A stretch of 32,000 nucleotides of DNA from Nitrosomonas europaea (lineage in GTDB: Bacteria > Pseudomonadota > Gammaproteobacteria > Burkholderiales > Nitrosomonadaceae). Below, one piece after another: positions 8,015 through 17,790 of the stretch (its first letter is position 1; the number at the start of each line of letters is the position of its first letter). The DNA is taken from contig NZ_FUWK01000032.1 in assembly GCF_900167395.1 (NCBI RefSeq), positions 914 to 32,913 on the forward strand, written 5' to 3'. The notes under the pieces were generated by a model. That model was given only the letters and a program-made list of their open reading frames with translations, did no database searches and was not told the DNA's origin. The translations under genes and the position numbers were made by a program.

Positions 8015-9613
8015 TCAGTCAGTCTGTGCGCTGTGAACAGCCTGAAGTTTCCCGGCAATCACTGGCTTCATATCAGCCATAAACTCGCGCAGTACTGCTG
8101 CAGCCTCTTCCGGATCATGCTCATAGCCCGCAGCAATGATGATCTCGGCGCCATCATCTCCATTGCCCCAAACTCGATTTAGCGCCTGAATCATTTTGGC
8201 AACGTAAGGGTCAGCCGTTTCATAGCCGATCAGCCAGAACCACCTCCAGATCAGCAAGCGCTCTTTCGAAGCATGTAACTGATTCTGGTGCACAGTGAAC
8301 GGTGCATCACCCAGCGAAATATTCCGCTTGCTTCCATCCATATTTCGCCACCTGCTGTCCCGGTCACTCACCAGAACATTGCTGGAACTGACCAGTTTGT
8401 TATTCTGATCCTGATTCCGGTAATATGTTATATAAAGACCAACATGTTTATTTTCGCGATAGAAATGACCAATGAACTGCCTGGGAAAACCAATATAACC
8501 AGGTATCCAGTCAGTAAGAGAAGCTGAGGCCGTACTCCATTTACCGGAAAGATCTGCCACACTGATTTCCGATATCGGGCGTACATCGGATTTATTATTC
8601 AAATAATTCAGATAAACTGGCCAGATCATGGCGACTGCCACCACCAGTCCAGCCATGCCCAACGTTGATTTAATCGGGACGGAAGAAGATTCCAGACTAG
8701 CTGAGGAAGAATTTTCAACTGATACGGTTTCATCAAGATGATCTTCCCGCCAGAATGAGCCGATCCAGAACAGCAGCAACATGACCAGACCAAAAAAGAT
8801 CCAGCCATAAACCAGATGATCGACACCAACCGCCAGTTGCATATCACTGAGATGACCGGTCATGACGATCAGATATGCGCGCACCCCGTTGGCAACGATC
8901 GGTACTACGATCGAAAATGCAATGAATATCAGTCTCCGGCTGATACTGTGGTAGGTCAGATAGGCGTAAAGTGTTCCCAACGTCACCGAAGCAATCAGAT
9001 AACGCACTCCGCTACAGGCTTCCACAACCGACCAGTTACCGCTGGGAATACTGAAGAAACTCCCCTCACGATAAACCGGAATACCAGTTGCCTGTAACGC
9101 GCCAACGGTAAAATCAGCTGTAAAATCAATGAGAGGTGGAATGAATATTTCACCGAATGGTACAGCAAACAGCAGATATGCAAGTGGAAACAGAATGGCA
9201 CTAAAAGCGCGTAAACCAAGCAAAGCCCAGACGATCACTGGTATCATCGCGACCAGAGCGTACTGTTCCACCACCACAACACTTGCAGCAGAAGCCAGCA
9301 ACCACCCCGCCCCCAGCCCGACCAGCACCGATAATGGCATATAGTCAGGACGGTATTGAATCGTCGATAGCATTGCACGCTTTTTCCAGATCATGTACAC
9401 GCTGAACGGGAGGATCAGGTAACCATGAGCATAGGTATCAGACCGGTTCCAGATAGCTACCATCGATTCGACGGTTGTATGATAAATACCCAGGATGACG
9501 GCGATTACCAGCAAGGTGATCAATGCTGTCACACTTCGCCCGTTAATCATTCTGCTGCCGACAGCAGTACGTTGTGATTGAACTGTAATATTCATGGCAG
9601 AACCATCAGTCAA
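8015..9613 (-). CDS. xrtA: exosortase A (XrtA) fused to a C-terminal EpsI-family domain
   Basis: 532 aa. The N-terminal ~290 aa are polytopic membrane protein carrying exosortase signatures: VVEACSGVRYL (catalytic Cys, about residue 200), NGVRAY, and HLVYGWIFFG. The C-terminal ~220 aa form a soluble EpsI-like domain (HVGLYITYYRNQDQNNKLVSSSN). TTG start at 9613 is preceded by GGAAGG; an alternative ATG lies at 9595. Confidence 0.85.
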   Translation of the reverse strand: MTDGSAMNITVQSQRTAVGSRMINGRSVTALITLLVIAVILGIYHTTVESMVAIWNRSDTYAHGYLILPFSVYMIWKKRAMLSTIQYRPDYMPLSVLVGLGAGWLLASAASVVVVEQYALVAMIPVIVWALLGLRAFSAILFPLAYLLFAVPFGEIFIPPLIDFTADFTVGALQATGIPVYREGSFFSIPSGNWSVVEACSGVRYLIASVTLGTLYAYLTYHSISRRLIFIAFSIVVPIVANGVRAYLIVMTGHLSDMQLAVGVDHLVYGWIFFGLVMLLLFWIGSFWREDHLDETVSVENSSSASLESSSVPIKSTLGMAGLVVAVAMIWPVYLNYLNNKSDVRPISEISVADLSGKWSTASASLTDWIPGYIGFPRQFIGHFYRENKHVGLYITYYRNQDQNNKLVSSSNVLVSDRDSRWRNMDGSKRNISLGDAPFTVHQNQLHASKERLLIWRWFWLIGYETADPYVAKMIQALNRVWGNGDDGAEIIIAAGYEHDPEEAAAVLREFMADMKPVIAGKLQAVHSAQTD

Positions 9614-9675
9614 AATAACCTTCCGCTAATGTATCTGGATATGGCAGAAACGGCCCATTTTTACTGAACCTTAAC

Positions 9676-10872
9676 CTAGGGTGCCGCAAGCAACGCATCG
9701 ATTCGTGACAGATTAGCCGGCCAGGTGTAATCCTGCAGAACTCGTTCTCTCGCCAGTCGTCCCATGGTTACCTGTTCATCAGAGTCGAGAAGCAAGAGAA
9801 TCTGCTCAGCAAAATCCCCGGCATCCCCAGCCACGATCAGTTCCTTCTCTGATACGGCATGAATTCCCTCCATTGCCTGTACGGAAACAACAACAGGTTT
9901 TTGCATGGCCATTGCCTCCAGCACTTTGTTCTGGATACCCCGCGCAATCCGCAAGGGAGCAACTGCCACTGCTGCATGTATAAGATACGGCCGAATATCC
10001 TCTACAGCGCCGGTCACATAGATCCCCGGCAAATCTGCCAGCATCTGTACCTGTCTGGCGGGTTTAGCACCCACAATATAAAAATCGACATCCGGCTGTT
10101 TCGTGCGTATCGCAGGAAATACTGAATTTGCAAACCAGCTTACTGCATCGATATTAGCCCAATAATCCATGGCACCTGTAAACACCAGCACTTTCTTTGC
10201 AGCCGGATAAGGATTGAGATAACTACGCTGAGGGGAAAAAAAATCGGTATCGACACCATTATTGAAGAATGTCGTCTTACTTGCTGCATCCGGCGCAAGC
10301 TGCCGGAATAACTCCGCCTCTTTTTCCGAAACAAAAGTTGAATGGCTGAATTCTTCCGCCACTTTCCTTTCATAATTCAGCAAATATCGTGATTCCCTGT
10401 GATAAATCCGGTTGAACGGCCACTGCTTTGATAAAGCGTACTGCCGCCATTTATCCGAATCCACATCAACGAAATCGATGATGCGCCGACAACCAGATAA
10501 ATGTTCAACATACTGCGCCATGGCAGAAGAGAAAACCACAATATCCTGTATGGATTCATTGCTGAACAGCGCTTTAATCCACTGCATCAGCCTCGCGTCG
10601 CGATAATAAGCCAGTGTCAGCGGATCATTCCCGAACAACGCAAACAGGCTTCTTATCCTGGCCGACAGCGGATTCAGCCTGACAATGCATACATCCTGAC
10701 AATACTTTCTGACTTCATCTTCATACTGCCAGTCTTCTTCATCATCAATGAACGTTCCCAGGTACACACGATAACGCTTGCTGAGGTGCTGCAGAAGATG
10801 AAAAGAACGTATCTTGTCTCCCTTATTGGGTGGATAAGGAATTCTGTGTGTCAGATAAAGGAGTCCCCGCAT
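9676..10872 (-). CDS. glycosyltransferase, PEP-CTERM/EpsH1 system-associated type
   Basis: 398 aa. The N-terminus MRGLLYLTHRIPYPPNKGDKIRSFHLL is typical of the XrtA-locus sugar transferase family. The gene lies directly upstream of xrtA, as in conserved loci. Confidence 0.8.
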   Translation of the reverse strand: MRGLLYLTHRIPYPPNKGDKIRSFHLLQHLSKRYRVYLGTFIDDEEDWQYEDEVRKYCQDVCIVRLNPLSARIRSLFALFGNDPLTLAYYRDARLMQWIKALFSNESIQDIVVFSSAMAQYVEHLSGCRRIIDFVDVDSDKWRQYALSKQWPFNRIYHRESRYLLNYERKVAEEFSHSTFVSEKEAELFRQLAPDAASKTTFFNNGVDTDFFSPQRSYLNPYPAAKKVLVFTGAMDYWANIDAVSWFANSVFPAIRTKQPDVDFYIVGAKPARQVQMLADLPGIYVTGAVEDIRPYLIHAAVAVAPLRIARGIQNKVLEAMAMQKPVVVSVQAMEGIHAVSEKELIVAGDAGDFAEQILLLLDSDEQVTMGRLARERVLQDYTWPANLSRIDALLAAP

Positions 10873-10878
10873 CCTTTC

Positions 10879-11958
10879 TTAACCCAGATTTTTAACGATA
10901 TGCGGGCCGAGCATATTGGCCAGAGCCAAAGGCATCTTCTGCCAAGCCTTGATAAAAAGCTGATACTTTGGATTAAGCGGATTATGTTCAGGAATCGTTT
11001 TTGCTTGATGGAGCTGGTATTCATAAAACAACGGCTGCGGCTCAAACCCCCAGTTCTTTTTAAAACTGTATGATCCGGTTCCTCGCTTGCTGCGTCCGAA
11101 ATCGAAAACCCGGTAGCCCCGTTCACAGGCACGCCGCATCAGTTCCCAGTACATGAAATCATTACCCGCCAGATCTCGAGCCGCGTCCGTTCCACCGCCA
11201 TAATAAGGCAGCACTTCATCCCGGAAATAGAAACTCATGACTGCGCTGACTACATTTTCATCTTTAGTGATAATGAGCAGCTCACAATCTTCTGCAAAAA
11301 CACTTTTCAATAACCGGAAATATTTGCGGGAAAAAACTGGTGTACCCAGGCGATGTACACTGGCTGAATAGGCTCGAAAAAAATGGTCGGTATCCTGATC
11401 CAGATAGCTCTGCAACTCATATTTCATCCCTTTACGTACCATGGCACGCTGCTTGCGGGGAATTGCCAGCATGTTTTGCTCTACATCAGAATCCATGGTT
11501 TTGCGGAACGTAACGTATAAATCTTTAGTGGGCCAATCGTGGTGAAAAGGGTGAAGATGACGATATTCCAGATAATCAACCTTCAGATATGTTGCCAACA
11601 TCTGGGCTGCCTGATCAAGGCGGATTCGTGCGTCATCTGATATTGCAGCAATACCACCATACACACAAAATGGCAAAGCACTCAGGCTGTGCCCGAATAA
11701 CAAACTGTCAATCTCTGCCAGAGGCAATACACCTTGAATACACCCGCCCTCTTCTATATACAGGAACCAGGTTTTATGCCCGAAAGCTTGTTCTATCACC
11801 TGCTTCCATCCGGCACGGTGAAAAAAGGTCGCTTCAGGACAAGCCATGATGAACTCATCCCAAGCCTGGAATTTATCTGGGGATAACACAGAAATCCCGG
11901 GTAATGCGCCTGGAAACAAATAAGGCGTATTTTGCACAATAGAACCGCTGAAACTCAC
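10879..11958 (-). CDS. FemAB-family protein, PEP-CTERM system-associated type
   Basis: 359 aa. Blocks: EATFFHRAGWKQVIEQAFGH and FDFGRSKRGTGSYSFKKNWGFEP. The GTG start overlaps the upstream TGA (GTGA). Confidence 0.75.
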   Translation of the reverse strand: MSFSGSIVQNTPYLFPGALPGISVLSPDKFQAWDEFIMACPEATFFHRAGWKQVIEQAFGHKTWFLYIEEGGCIQGVLPLAEIDSLLFGHSLSALPFCVYGGIAAISDDARIRLDQAAQMLATYLKVDYLEYRHLHPFHHDWPTKDLYVTFRKTMDSDVEQNMLAIPRKQRAMVRKGMKYELQSYLDQDTDHFFRAYSASVHRLGTPVFSRKYFRLLKSVFAEDCELLIITKDENVVSAVMSFYFRDEVLPYYGGGTDAARDLAGNDFMYWELMRRACERGYRVFDFGRSKRGTGSYSFKKNWGFEPQPLFYEYQLHQAKTIPEHNPLNPKYQLFIKAWQKMPLALANMLGPHIVKNLG

Positions 11959-12803
11959 ACCGACTGTCGCAGGAAAATCTGATCCATACGCCCCCAGTCG
12001 AAATGTCGGATCAGGGCATCGAGCCGTTTTTCCATACGACCCAGATTAAGGTAATGACGAAAACGCGTCTTGAAGCTAATTCCCACTTGCCGGGGCTGAT
12101 CGGGATCGATCTCCCATGGGTGAAAATAAAAAATTGCAGGTTGACGATCAACTGAGTTGACTCTCTGCAAAAACCAGCGCGAAACCGCATAGGGCCAAAG
12201 ACGGAAATAGCCGCCTCCACCTGCTGGAAAATTACGATCCAGCAAGCGTACAGTAGTTACCGGTAATTCAAGTATTTTCCGGGAGCCAGTCGGATTAAAG
12301 GCAAAACGCGGAGCGTCCGGCATACCGTAATGATCATGCTCTACCGGATAAATACTGGAACTATATCGATAGCCTGCTTCTTCCAGGTAATCCAGCGCCC
12401 AGAGATTATCTTTATTGATAGAAAAACTGGGGGCACGATACCCCCAGACAGACTGCCCACCAATATCTTCCAGCAGGAATTTACTGCGAGCAATATCATC
12501 ATAAAACTGCCCGCGGCTCAGCTCAGTAACACGGTGATGGGCATAACCATGACTGGCCAGTTCATGGCCATTCTCAACAATTCTTTTCACCATGGACGGA
12601 TAACGCTCTGCTATCCAGCCCAATGTAAAAAAAGTGGCCTTGATTTTATGCTCGTCCAGCAACACGAGAATCCGGTCAATATTGCGCTCGACTCTGCATG
12701 GCAAACTATCCCAGGATGAACGCGGAATATACCGGGCAAAAGCCGATACCTGGAAATAATCTTCCACATCAATGGTCAACGCATTACGGATCATAAGATT
12801 CAT
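11955..12803 (-). CDS. polysaccharide deacetylase, PEP-CTERM locus subfamily
   Basis: 282 aa. Blocks: NALTIDVEDYFQVSAF, ELASHGYAHH, GYRAPSFSI. The start overlaps the upstream ATPase gene (ATGA). Confidence 0.85.
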   Translation of the reverse strand: MNLMIRNALTIDVEDYFQVSAFARYIPRSSWDSLPCRVERNIDRILVLLDEHKIKATFFTLGWIAERYPSMVKRIVENGHELASHGYAHHRVTELSRGQFYDDIARSKFLLEDIGGQSVWGYRAPSFSINKDNLWALDYLEEAGYRYSSSIYPVEHDHYGMPDAPRFAFNPTGSRKILELPVTTVRLLDRNFPAGGGGYFRLWPYAVSRWFLQRVNSVDRQPAIFYFHPWEIDPDQPRQVGISFKTRFRHYLNLGRMEKRLDALIRHFDWGRMDQIFLRQSV

Positions 12804-13633
12804 TCAGGAGAAACCGCCAGATCAAACTCTTTTTGAATATCGAGCATTACTTCATTCGCTTCAGCTTTACCCAAAGTCTGTAATTCTTCCAAACACCCCA
12901 TGATCAGCAATCTGTCACAAAACAGATTGATTTTACGAGGAATCCCGGCAGAAAAATTATGTATCACTTCAAAAATCTCATCCTGCAGTACAGGACTTCC
13001 ATTCCAACCGGCTTTTTGAAGACGATGTTCGATATAGGCCCTGGTTTCCGCCTGATCCAGCGGACCCAGATGATAGGTGGCAATCACTCTCTGGCGCAGT
13101 TGCTGCATTTGACTGCCGAGCAACGTCCTCCTGAACTCTGGCTGGCCAAGTAAAAAGGTTTGTAACAAAGGCCTGTTATCTGACTGAAAGTTCGATAACA
13201 TCCGCAATTCTTCAAGTGTCTGCGGAAGAAGATTTTGTGCCTCATCAACCACTAGTAAAACTCGTGTACTTTCCCGTTCACACTTACGCATAAATCGTTC
13301 GAGCTCGAGCAGCAATGCAGCCTTGGACAGACCTTCATAAGAAAGGCCAAAAGCAGCAGCTACCATTCTCAAGGCATCATCCGGGTCCAGCCGTGTACTC
13401 ACCAATTGTGCAGCCGCCACCCGCTCTTGCCTCAACTTCTGGAACAGGTAGCGCATCAGGGTTGTTTTGCCAGCGCCTACATCACCCGTAATGATGATAA
13501 AACCATCTTCCTGCGAAAGGCCGTATTCAAGATAAGCCGCAGCACGTTTATGGCCTCGACTGGGAAAAAAGAAATTCGGGTCGGGTTTTAACTGAAACGG
13601 CTTCTCAGCAAAACCATAGTAGGCTAGATACAT
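12800..13633 (-). CDS. ExeA/GspA-like AAA ATPase, PEP-CTERM locus secretion ATPase type
   Basis: 277 aa. Walker A is GDVGAGKTTL and Walker B is LLVVDEAQNL. The N-terminus MYLAYYGFAEKPFQLKPDP is typical of ExeA-like proteins. Confidence 0.8.
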   Translation of the reverse strand: MYLAYYGFAEKPFQLKPDPNFFFPSRGHKRAAAYLEYGLSQEDGFIIITGDVGAGKTTLMRYLFQKLRQERVAAAQLVSTRLDPDDALRMVAAAFGLSYEGLSKAALLLELERFMRKCERESTRVLLVVDEAQNLLPQTLEELRMLSNFQSDNRPLLQTFLLGQPEFRRTLLGSQMQQLRQRVIATYHLGPLDQAETRAYIEHRLQKAGWNGSPVLQDEIFEVIHNFSAGIPRKINLFCDRLLIMGCLEELQTLGKAEANEVMLDIQKEFDLAVSPE

Positions 13634-13647
13634 AAAATTTCAATTTT

Positions 13648-15222
13648 CTAAAAATTCATGTTCAAAGTAGCCGTTATCGCATTGGCATCATAGCTGCCGT
13701 TATTGCGATTAGACTCACGGTGGAGATGATAGTACATGATCGACCCGCTGATATTAGAAGTAAATCGCTTATTCAAGCCGGCCGTCACTATTATGTTGTC
13801 ATCTTCCTGACTGGTTACATCATAACTGGTTCTGATATACCCCAGATTGATATTGGCATTTGTTCTGGGAGACAACCGGTGATTCCACAATAGATTGCCT
13901 CCTGTCTGCGTAGTATCTCTAGTCAATGCTGCATTCTCGATACCAATCAAATCAGCATCTTCCTCATCTGAACTGAATGATTTTCTGGAATAGCTAAATC
14001 CACGAAATACCAGCGAATTCTTCTTACCATTCAAAGTAAGCGAAGCCTGTAAACGTCTAAGCAAAAACAAACGATTGGTCAGAAAATTATTCGGGTCAGA
14101 AAATGAGAGCGGAAGCCCCTGGTTCAATAATGCGTCTCCTCCCTGAATGCCGGAAAATAATTGACCCAACATAGAGGCACTCAAAATTGAACCACCAGCC
14201 AGAGATTGCTGACCGAAAGTAGTGATATCCTCTACATAACTCAGATTCCATACTGTACTGCGAGTACGGTGATCAACTGATGCTGCATAAGTATTACCGA
14301 AAAATCTTTTCCCTCCTGACGCATCAATTTTCGTCCTTTTGGTAGGAGTCCAAGAAAAACCAACTGTCCATAATGGGCTGGATGTCCGCCCTCTTATCGA
14401 AATAAAACTGTTGCGCTCATATCCCGCCGTACCGATCAGGCTAAATTGTGACGTCACTATATATCTAAGTGTGCCAGTAGTCCGCTCCAGCTCGATCGTT
14501 TGCAACCTCCCAAGATTGGATCTGGCATACTTTCTGTCGATCTGTGTATGACTGTAATTGACTCCCCAGCCAAGCGTCCTGAACGCCGAACCGCTATTCA
14601 GAGAAAAAATTGCCGCATCAGAGCTGCTATTGGAGAAACTATTGGCATTCGAACTGACTTCACCGTGAACGTAGCGAACTTCACCTGAAGCAAGATTACT
14701 GAAACGCTGGCGCACATAGGGACTGATATTCCACATGTAGATATTTCTCCGATTTCCCGTCAAAACGGCATTATCCGGCGCCTGTGGCCCAAACAAGAAA
14801 GCATTCTGCTGGGAGATTGTAGCTCGCCCATCTACAAAAAAATGATGCTTGATAATTTCAGCAGTGGCATCAGTATTCAATTGATTCCGTATCCGGAATC
14901 GCTCATTTTTTGCGTAAATGAGATTATTCAAAGTGTAACTAAGATTCGATTTAAAGCGACGCCCTTCACCGGTTATACTTACCCCCGGGTTAATTTGTGT
15001 AATAAACTCCCCTCCTCTGCCAGCTCCACCAAACCCTCCGAAACCTCCTCCACCTAACCCCACGTTATCAGTATAAGTCTCGCTGACTGTTAACCGTGGC
15101 TGAATATTCCACTCTGCTGCACTTACCTGAAACCCCCAGCTACTCAATCCAACAATACAACCAACCCTCAGACACATCCTCAAACGGGAGAAATTGTCAT
15201 TACCGCACCCAAATGATTTCAT
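13648..15222 (-). CDS. outer-membrane beta-barrel protein, PEP-CTERM system-associated type
   Basis: Signal-peptide-like N-terminus (...GLSSWGFQVSA/AE). Alternating amphipathic strands run throughout, and the protein ends in a terminal aromatic residue (...ATLNMNF). I prefer the ATG at 15222, which overlaps the epsG TGA by 1 nt; the track's start at 15225 is a TTG. Confidence 0.65.
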   Translation of the reverse strand: MKSFGCGNDNFSRLRMCLRVGCIVGLSSWGFQVSAAEWNIQPRLTVSETYTDNVGLGGGGFGGFGGAGRGGEFITQINPGVSITGEGRRFKSNLSYTLNNLIYAKNERFRIRNQLNTDATAEIIKHHFFVDGRATISQQNAFLFGPQAPDNAVLTGNRRNIYMWNISPYVRQRFSNLASGEVRYVHGEVSSNANSFSNSSSDAAIFSLNSGSAFRTLGWGVNYSHTQIDRKYARSNLGRLQTIELERTTGTLRYIVTSQFSLIGTAGYERNSFISIRGRTSSPLWTVGFSWTPTKRTKIDASGGKRFFGNTYAASVDHRTRSTVWNLSYVEDITTFGQQSLAGGSILSASMLGQLFSGIQGGDALLNQGLPLSFSDPNNFLTNRLFLLRRLQASLTLNGKKNSLVFRGFSYSRKSFSSDEEDADLIGIENAALTRDTTQTGGNLLWNHRLSPRTNANINLGYIRTSYDVTSQEDDNIIVTAGLNKRFTSNISGSIMYYHLHRESNRNNGSYDANAITATLNMNF

Positions 15223-16157
15223 CAATAATAGCCGTAGTATTCGGTGCTGCCATGTGCTCTGGCTTTGTTATAAATGAGGTTAACTACATCGCATGCCTCA
15301 ATCTGCTGTAAAGCCTCTTTTACCGTCTGCTGAGTTGTCCTCTCCGCCTCGACTACCAGCACGATTTGTCCCATCTGGCTTGCCAGCACTCGCGCCTCAC
15401 TGGTCAACAATAATGGGGGAGAATCAAAAATCACCACACGATCATGATAGCGTTGCGCAAGCTCTACCAGAATAGAATGCATACTCTGGCTGGCCAGCAA
15501 TTCAGTTGCATGTGTATGGCGCCTCCCTGCCGGTATCAGCGTCAACTTCTTTATATTGGTTTTCATCATCACATCAGATATCGACAGCTGTGAATCACGA
15601 AGCATATCCAGCAATCCCGGTTCTTCCGGACTAAAGCCCAAGGTTGCAGGAATAGAGGGACGCGCAACATCAGCATCCACCAGCAAAACCCGATGGTCCA
15701 TTTCCATTGCGATACTCATTGCCAAATTCAGTGAGCAGAAGCTTTTCCCTTCTCCGGACAAAGAGCTGGTAACCATGATCAGGTTACCGTTCTTTACTCC
15801 ACTGTCCGGGTTGAATGCGTTAGCAAGTAACGGACGCTTTATCAGCCGAAACTGTTCAGCTATTTCAGATTTAGTATGGTGAAGCGTGACAACACCCTTA
15901 CGGTGCAGATTTTCCAGATCGACTTCGATTCTTTTAACTGTCTTTTTTGTGTCAGCAGCTTTATTAATCCGATCGGCTCCCACCTCTTCTTTGATAATCC
16001 TGCCGTGCCCAGTTTTTTTACCCGGCACTCCATCAGATGAAAATAACGAATCGGGGCCGATTCCTTCACGAGAATCATGCTGCGACACACTGCCTGGCAT
16101 AAAGCCATTCATATCATTCTTTACAAGCTTGTCCGCAGCCCTTTCTATCAGGCTCAT
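15222..16157 (-). CDS. epsG: chain-length-determinant protein tyrosine kinase (BY-kinase), EpsG type
   Basis: Walker A is SSLSGEGKS, with VLLVDADVARP and VVIFDSPP following. The C-terminal Tyr cluster STEYYGYY is a BY-kinase autophosphorylation tail. The ATG at 16157 has GGAG 5 nt upstream; the track start at 16163 is a GTG. Confidence 0.8.
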   Translation of the reverse strand: MSLIERAADKLVKNDMNGFMPGSVSQHDSREGIGPDSLFSSDGVPGKKTGHGRIIKEEVGADRINKAADTKKTVKRIEVDLENLHRKGVVTLHHTKSEIAEQFRLIKRPLLANAFNPDSGVKNGNLIMVTSSLSGEGKSFCSLNLAMSIAMEMDHRVLLVDADVARPSIPATLGFSPEEPGLLDMLRDSQLSISDVMMKTNIKKLTLIPAGRRHTHATELLASQSMHSILVELAQRYHDRVVIFDSPPLLLTSEARVLASQMGQIVLVVEAERTTQQTVKEALQQIEACDVVNLIYNKARAHGSTEYYGYY

Positions 16158-16197
16158 ATCCACTCCATCATTATATTACAACCCTTACACCATCAAT

Positions 16198-17748
16198 TCA
16201 GGCAGCTGTCATCCCATGTGGCTTTACATAAATCATCAAGACAACATAGCATGCCATCAGCATCAACAGAGAAATACCAAACGCATAAATCTTCCTCTTG
16301 TCTTTTAATTTTTGCTGTTCTGTCCATACCATTGGAATCGTCCCCAGAATCGGCAAACCTGTCAGCTCCCTCAAAGTACTCTGGCTATGGAATGTTGGCC
16401 GGATCTGGCTAATAATGAAAGCAAAACCAATTCCTCCCGCTAGGGCTCCAATCAAAACAAGTGTAAAAAATTTCTTGCGATCCGGTCCGGATGGAGCTTC
16501 TGGAACCGTAGGAGGATCAACGATCCTGAAAGACATCAAGCCTGAAGTAGAAGTCAGCTCACCAGAGATTTCAGCAGATGCTCTACGCTCCAGCAGCTTC
16601 TCATAATTGGCTTTATTCACATTGTAATCACGGTTGAGCTGCTGCATCTCCACCTCTACGGCAGGAACCGTATTACTCATCGATTTCAGACGTTCAAAGC
16701 GGGCTTCATACTCCGCCACCCGCGCCTTCATGGATGCCACTTGTGCTTCGGATTCAGCCAGTGCGATATTCAGTTGCTGCATCATCGGATCATAATTTCT
16801 ACCACGATTATTGACTGTACCGGCAAGTTTGGCTTCTTCGACCTTACGCTCCTCCAATTGAGCAATCAGTCGTTTGGTGGCGACAACATCAGGATGTTGA
16901 TCGGTAAAATTCAACATCAAATTATCCAGATTCGTATTCAATGCCTGAATACGGGAATCGATCTCCGGATTGACAATACTTTGCGGTGATACTTCACCCA
17001 CTTCGAACAACAGCACCGGCTCATCACCCGTTATCTGTTTCTTGACTGCATCACGTGCCTGTTCAGCCTCAAGCAAGGTAAGCCTGGCCTTTTCCAACTC
17101 TTCTGCAGCCGATACCAGTTGACTGTAGTAATCCCCCCCCTGTCCGGGCAAAAAACCAATATTCTTCTGTTTGAAAGCCGTCAATGCTGCTTCGGCAGCA
17201 ACCAGCTTTTCCTCATAGGCAGCAATTTGCTGGTCGATAAAACGCAATGCAGAAGCTGAATCCTGTTTTTTACCTTCCAACCCACCTTCAACAAAAATAG
17301 TCAACAGTGACTGGACAATGTCCTTGGCCAGCCTGGGATCTTTATTATCATATGAAATCATGAAAATATTATCGCTACCCGTCGTTGAAAGCTTGATATC
17401 CTTCATCAGGGTAGTGACCAGCTTTTCTCTGGCACTGTCATCTGTAATCTTGATATCCAGATCAACCATACGAATGATTCTCTCGACATTCGGTCGACTG
17501 ATGAGCGTTCGGCTCATTATGGTAATCTGCTGGTCCGGGTTGGGGGATACCGTCATCCCGGCCATCAGCGGGCGCAGAATACTCTGGGTATCGACGTAAA
17601 TCCGTGCAGAAGCCTGATAATTGTCCGGCATCTGATAAACGAAGAACCAGCCCGCAATCGCGACAGTCCATGCGGTCGCAACTGAAGCCCATCTATATTT
17701 CCAGATACCCTTGATATAAACCAGCAGTTGAGCAATCAACTCACTCAT
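16198..17748 (-). CDS. epsF: polysaccharide chain-length determinant (PCP/Wzz-like), EpsF type
   Basis: 516 aa. It has an N-terminal TM helix (VATAWTVAIAGWFFVY), a long coiled-coil middle section, and C-terminal TM helices (FTLVLIGALAGGIGFAFII). GAGGTG lies 7 nt upstream of the ATG. Confidence 0.8.
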   Translation of the reverse strand: MSELIAQLLVYIKGIWKYRWASVATAWTVAIAGWFFVYQMPDNYQASARIYVDTQSILRPLMAGMTVSPNPDQQITIMSRTLISRPNVERIIRMVDLDIKITDDSAREKLVTTLMKDIKLSTTGSDNIFMISYDNKDPRLAKDIVQSLLTIFVEGGLEGKKQDSASALRFIDQQIAAYEEKLVAAEAALTAFKQKNIGFLPGQGGDYYSQLVSAAEELEKARLTLLEAEQARDAVKKQITGDEPVLLFEVGEVSPQSIVNPEIDSRIQALNTNLDNLMLNFTDQHPDVVATKRLIAQLEERKVEEAKLAGTVNNRGRNYDPMMQQLNIALAESEAQVASMKARVAEYEARFERLKSMSNTVPAVEVEMQQLNRDYNVNKANYEKLLERRASAEISGELTSTSGLMSFRIVDPPTVPEAPSGPDRKKFFTLVLIGALAGGIGFAFIISQIRPTFHSQSTLRELTGLPILGTIPMVWTEQQKLKDKRKIYAFGISLLMLMACYVVLMIYVKPHGMTAA

Positions 17749-17790
17749 ATCGGGTCACCTCTTCATTTATCACGATCACGATCAAATCAA

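Noticed and set aside
7999-8058. N-terminal 20-codon extension of the glycosyltransferase ORF (TTG start); likewise 21084-21164 for the helicase
   Set aside because: The extensions overlap the upstream gene or lack an SD. Internal starts (ATG 7998, GTG 21165) match the usual family N-termini.
7465-8082. 205-aa plus-strand ORF, and similarly 10501-11073 (190 aa)
   Set aside because: They are antisense to the glycosyltransferase, xrtA and FemAB genes, whose family signatures are clear. They have no signatures of their own.
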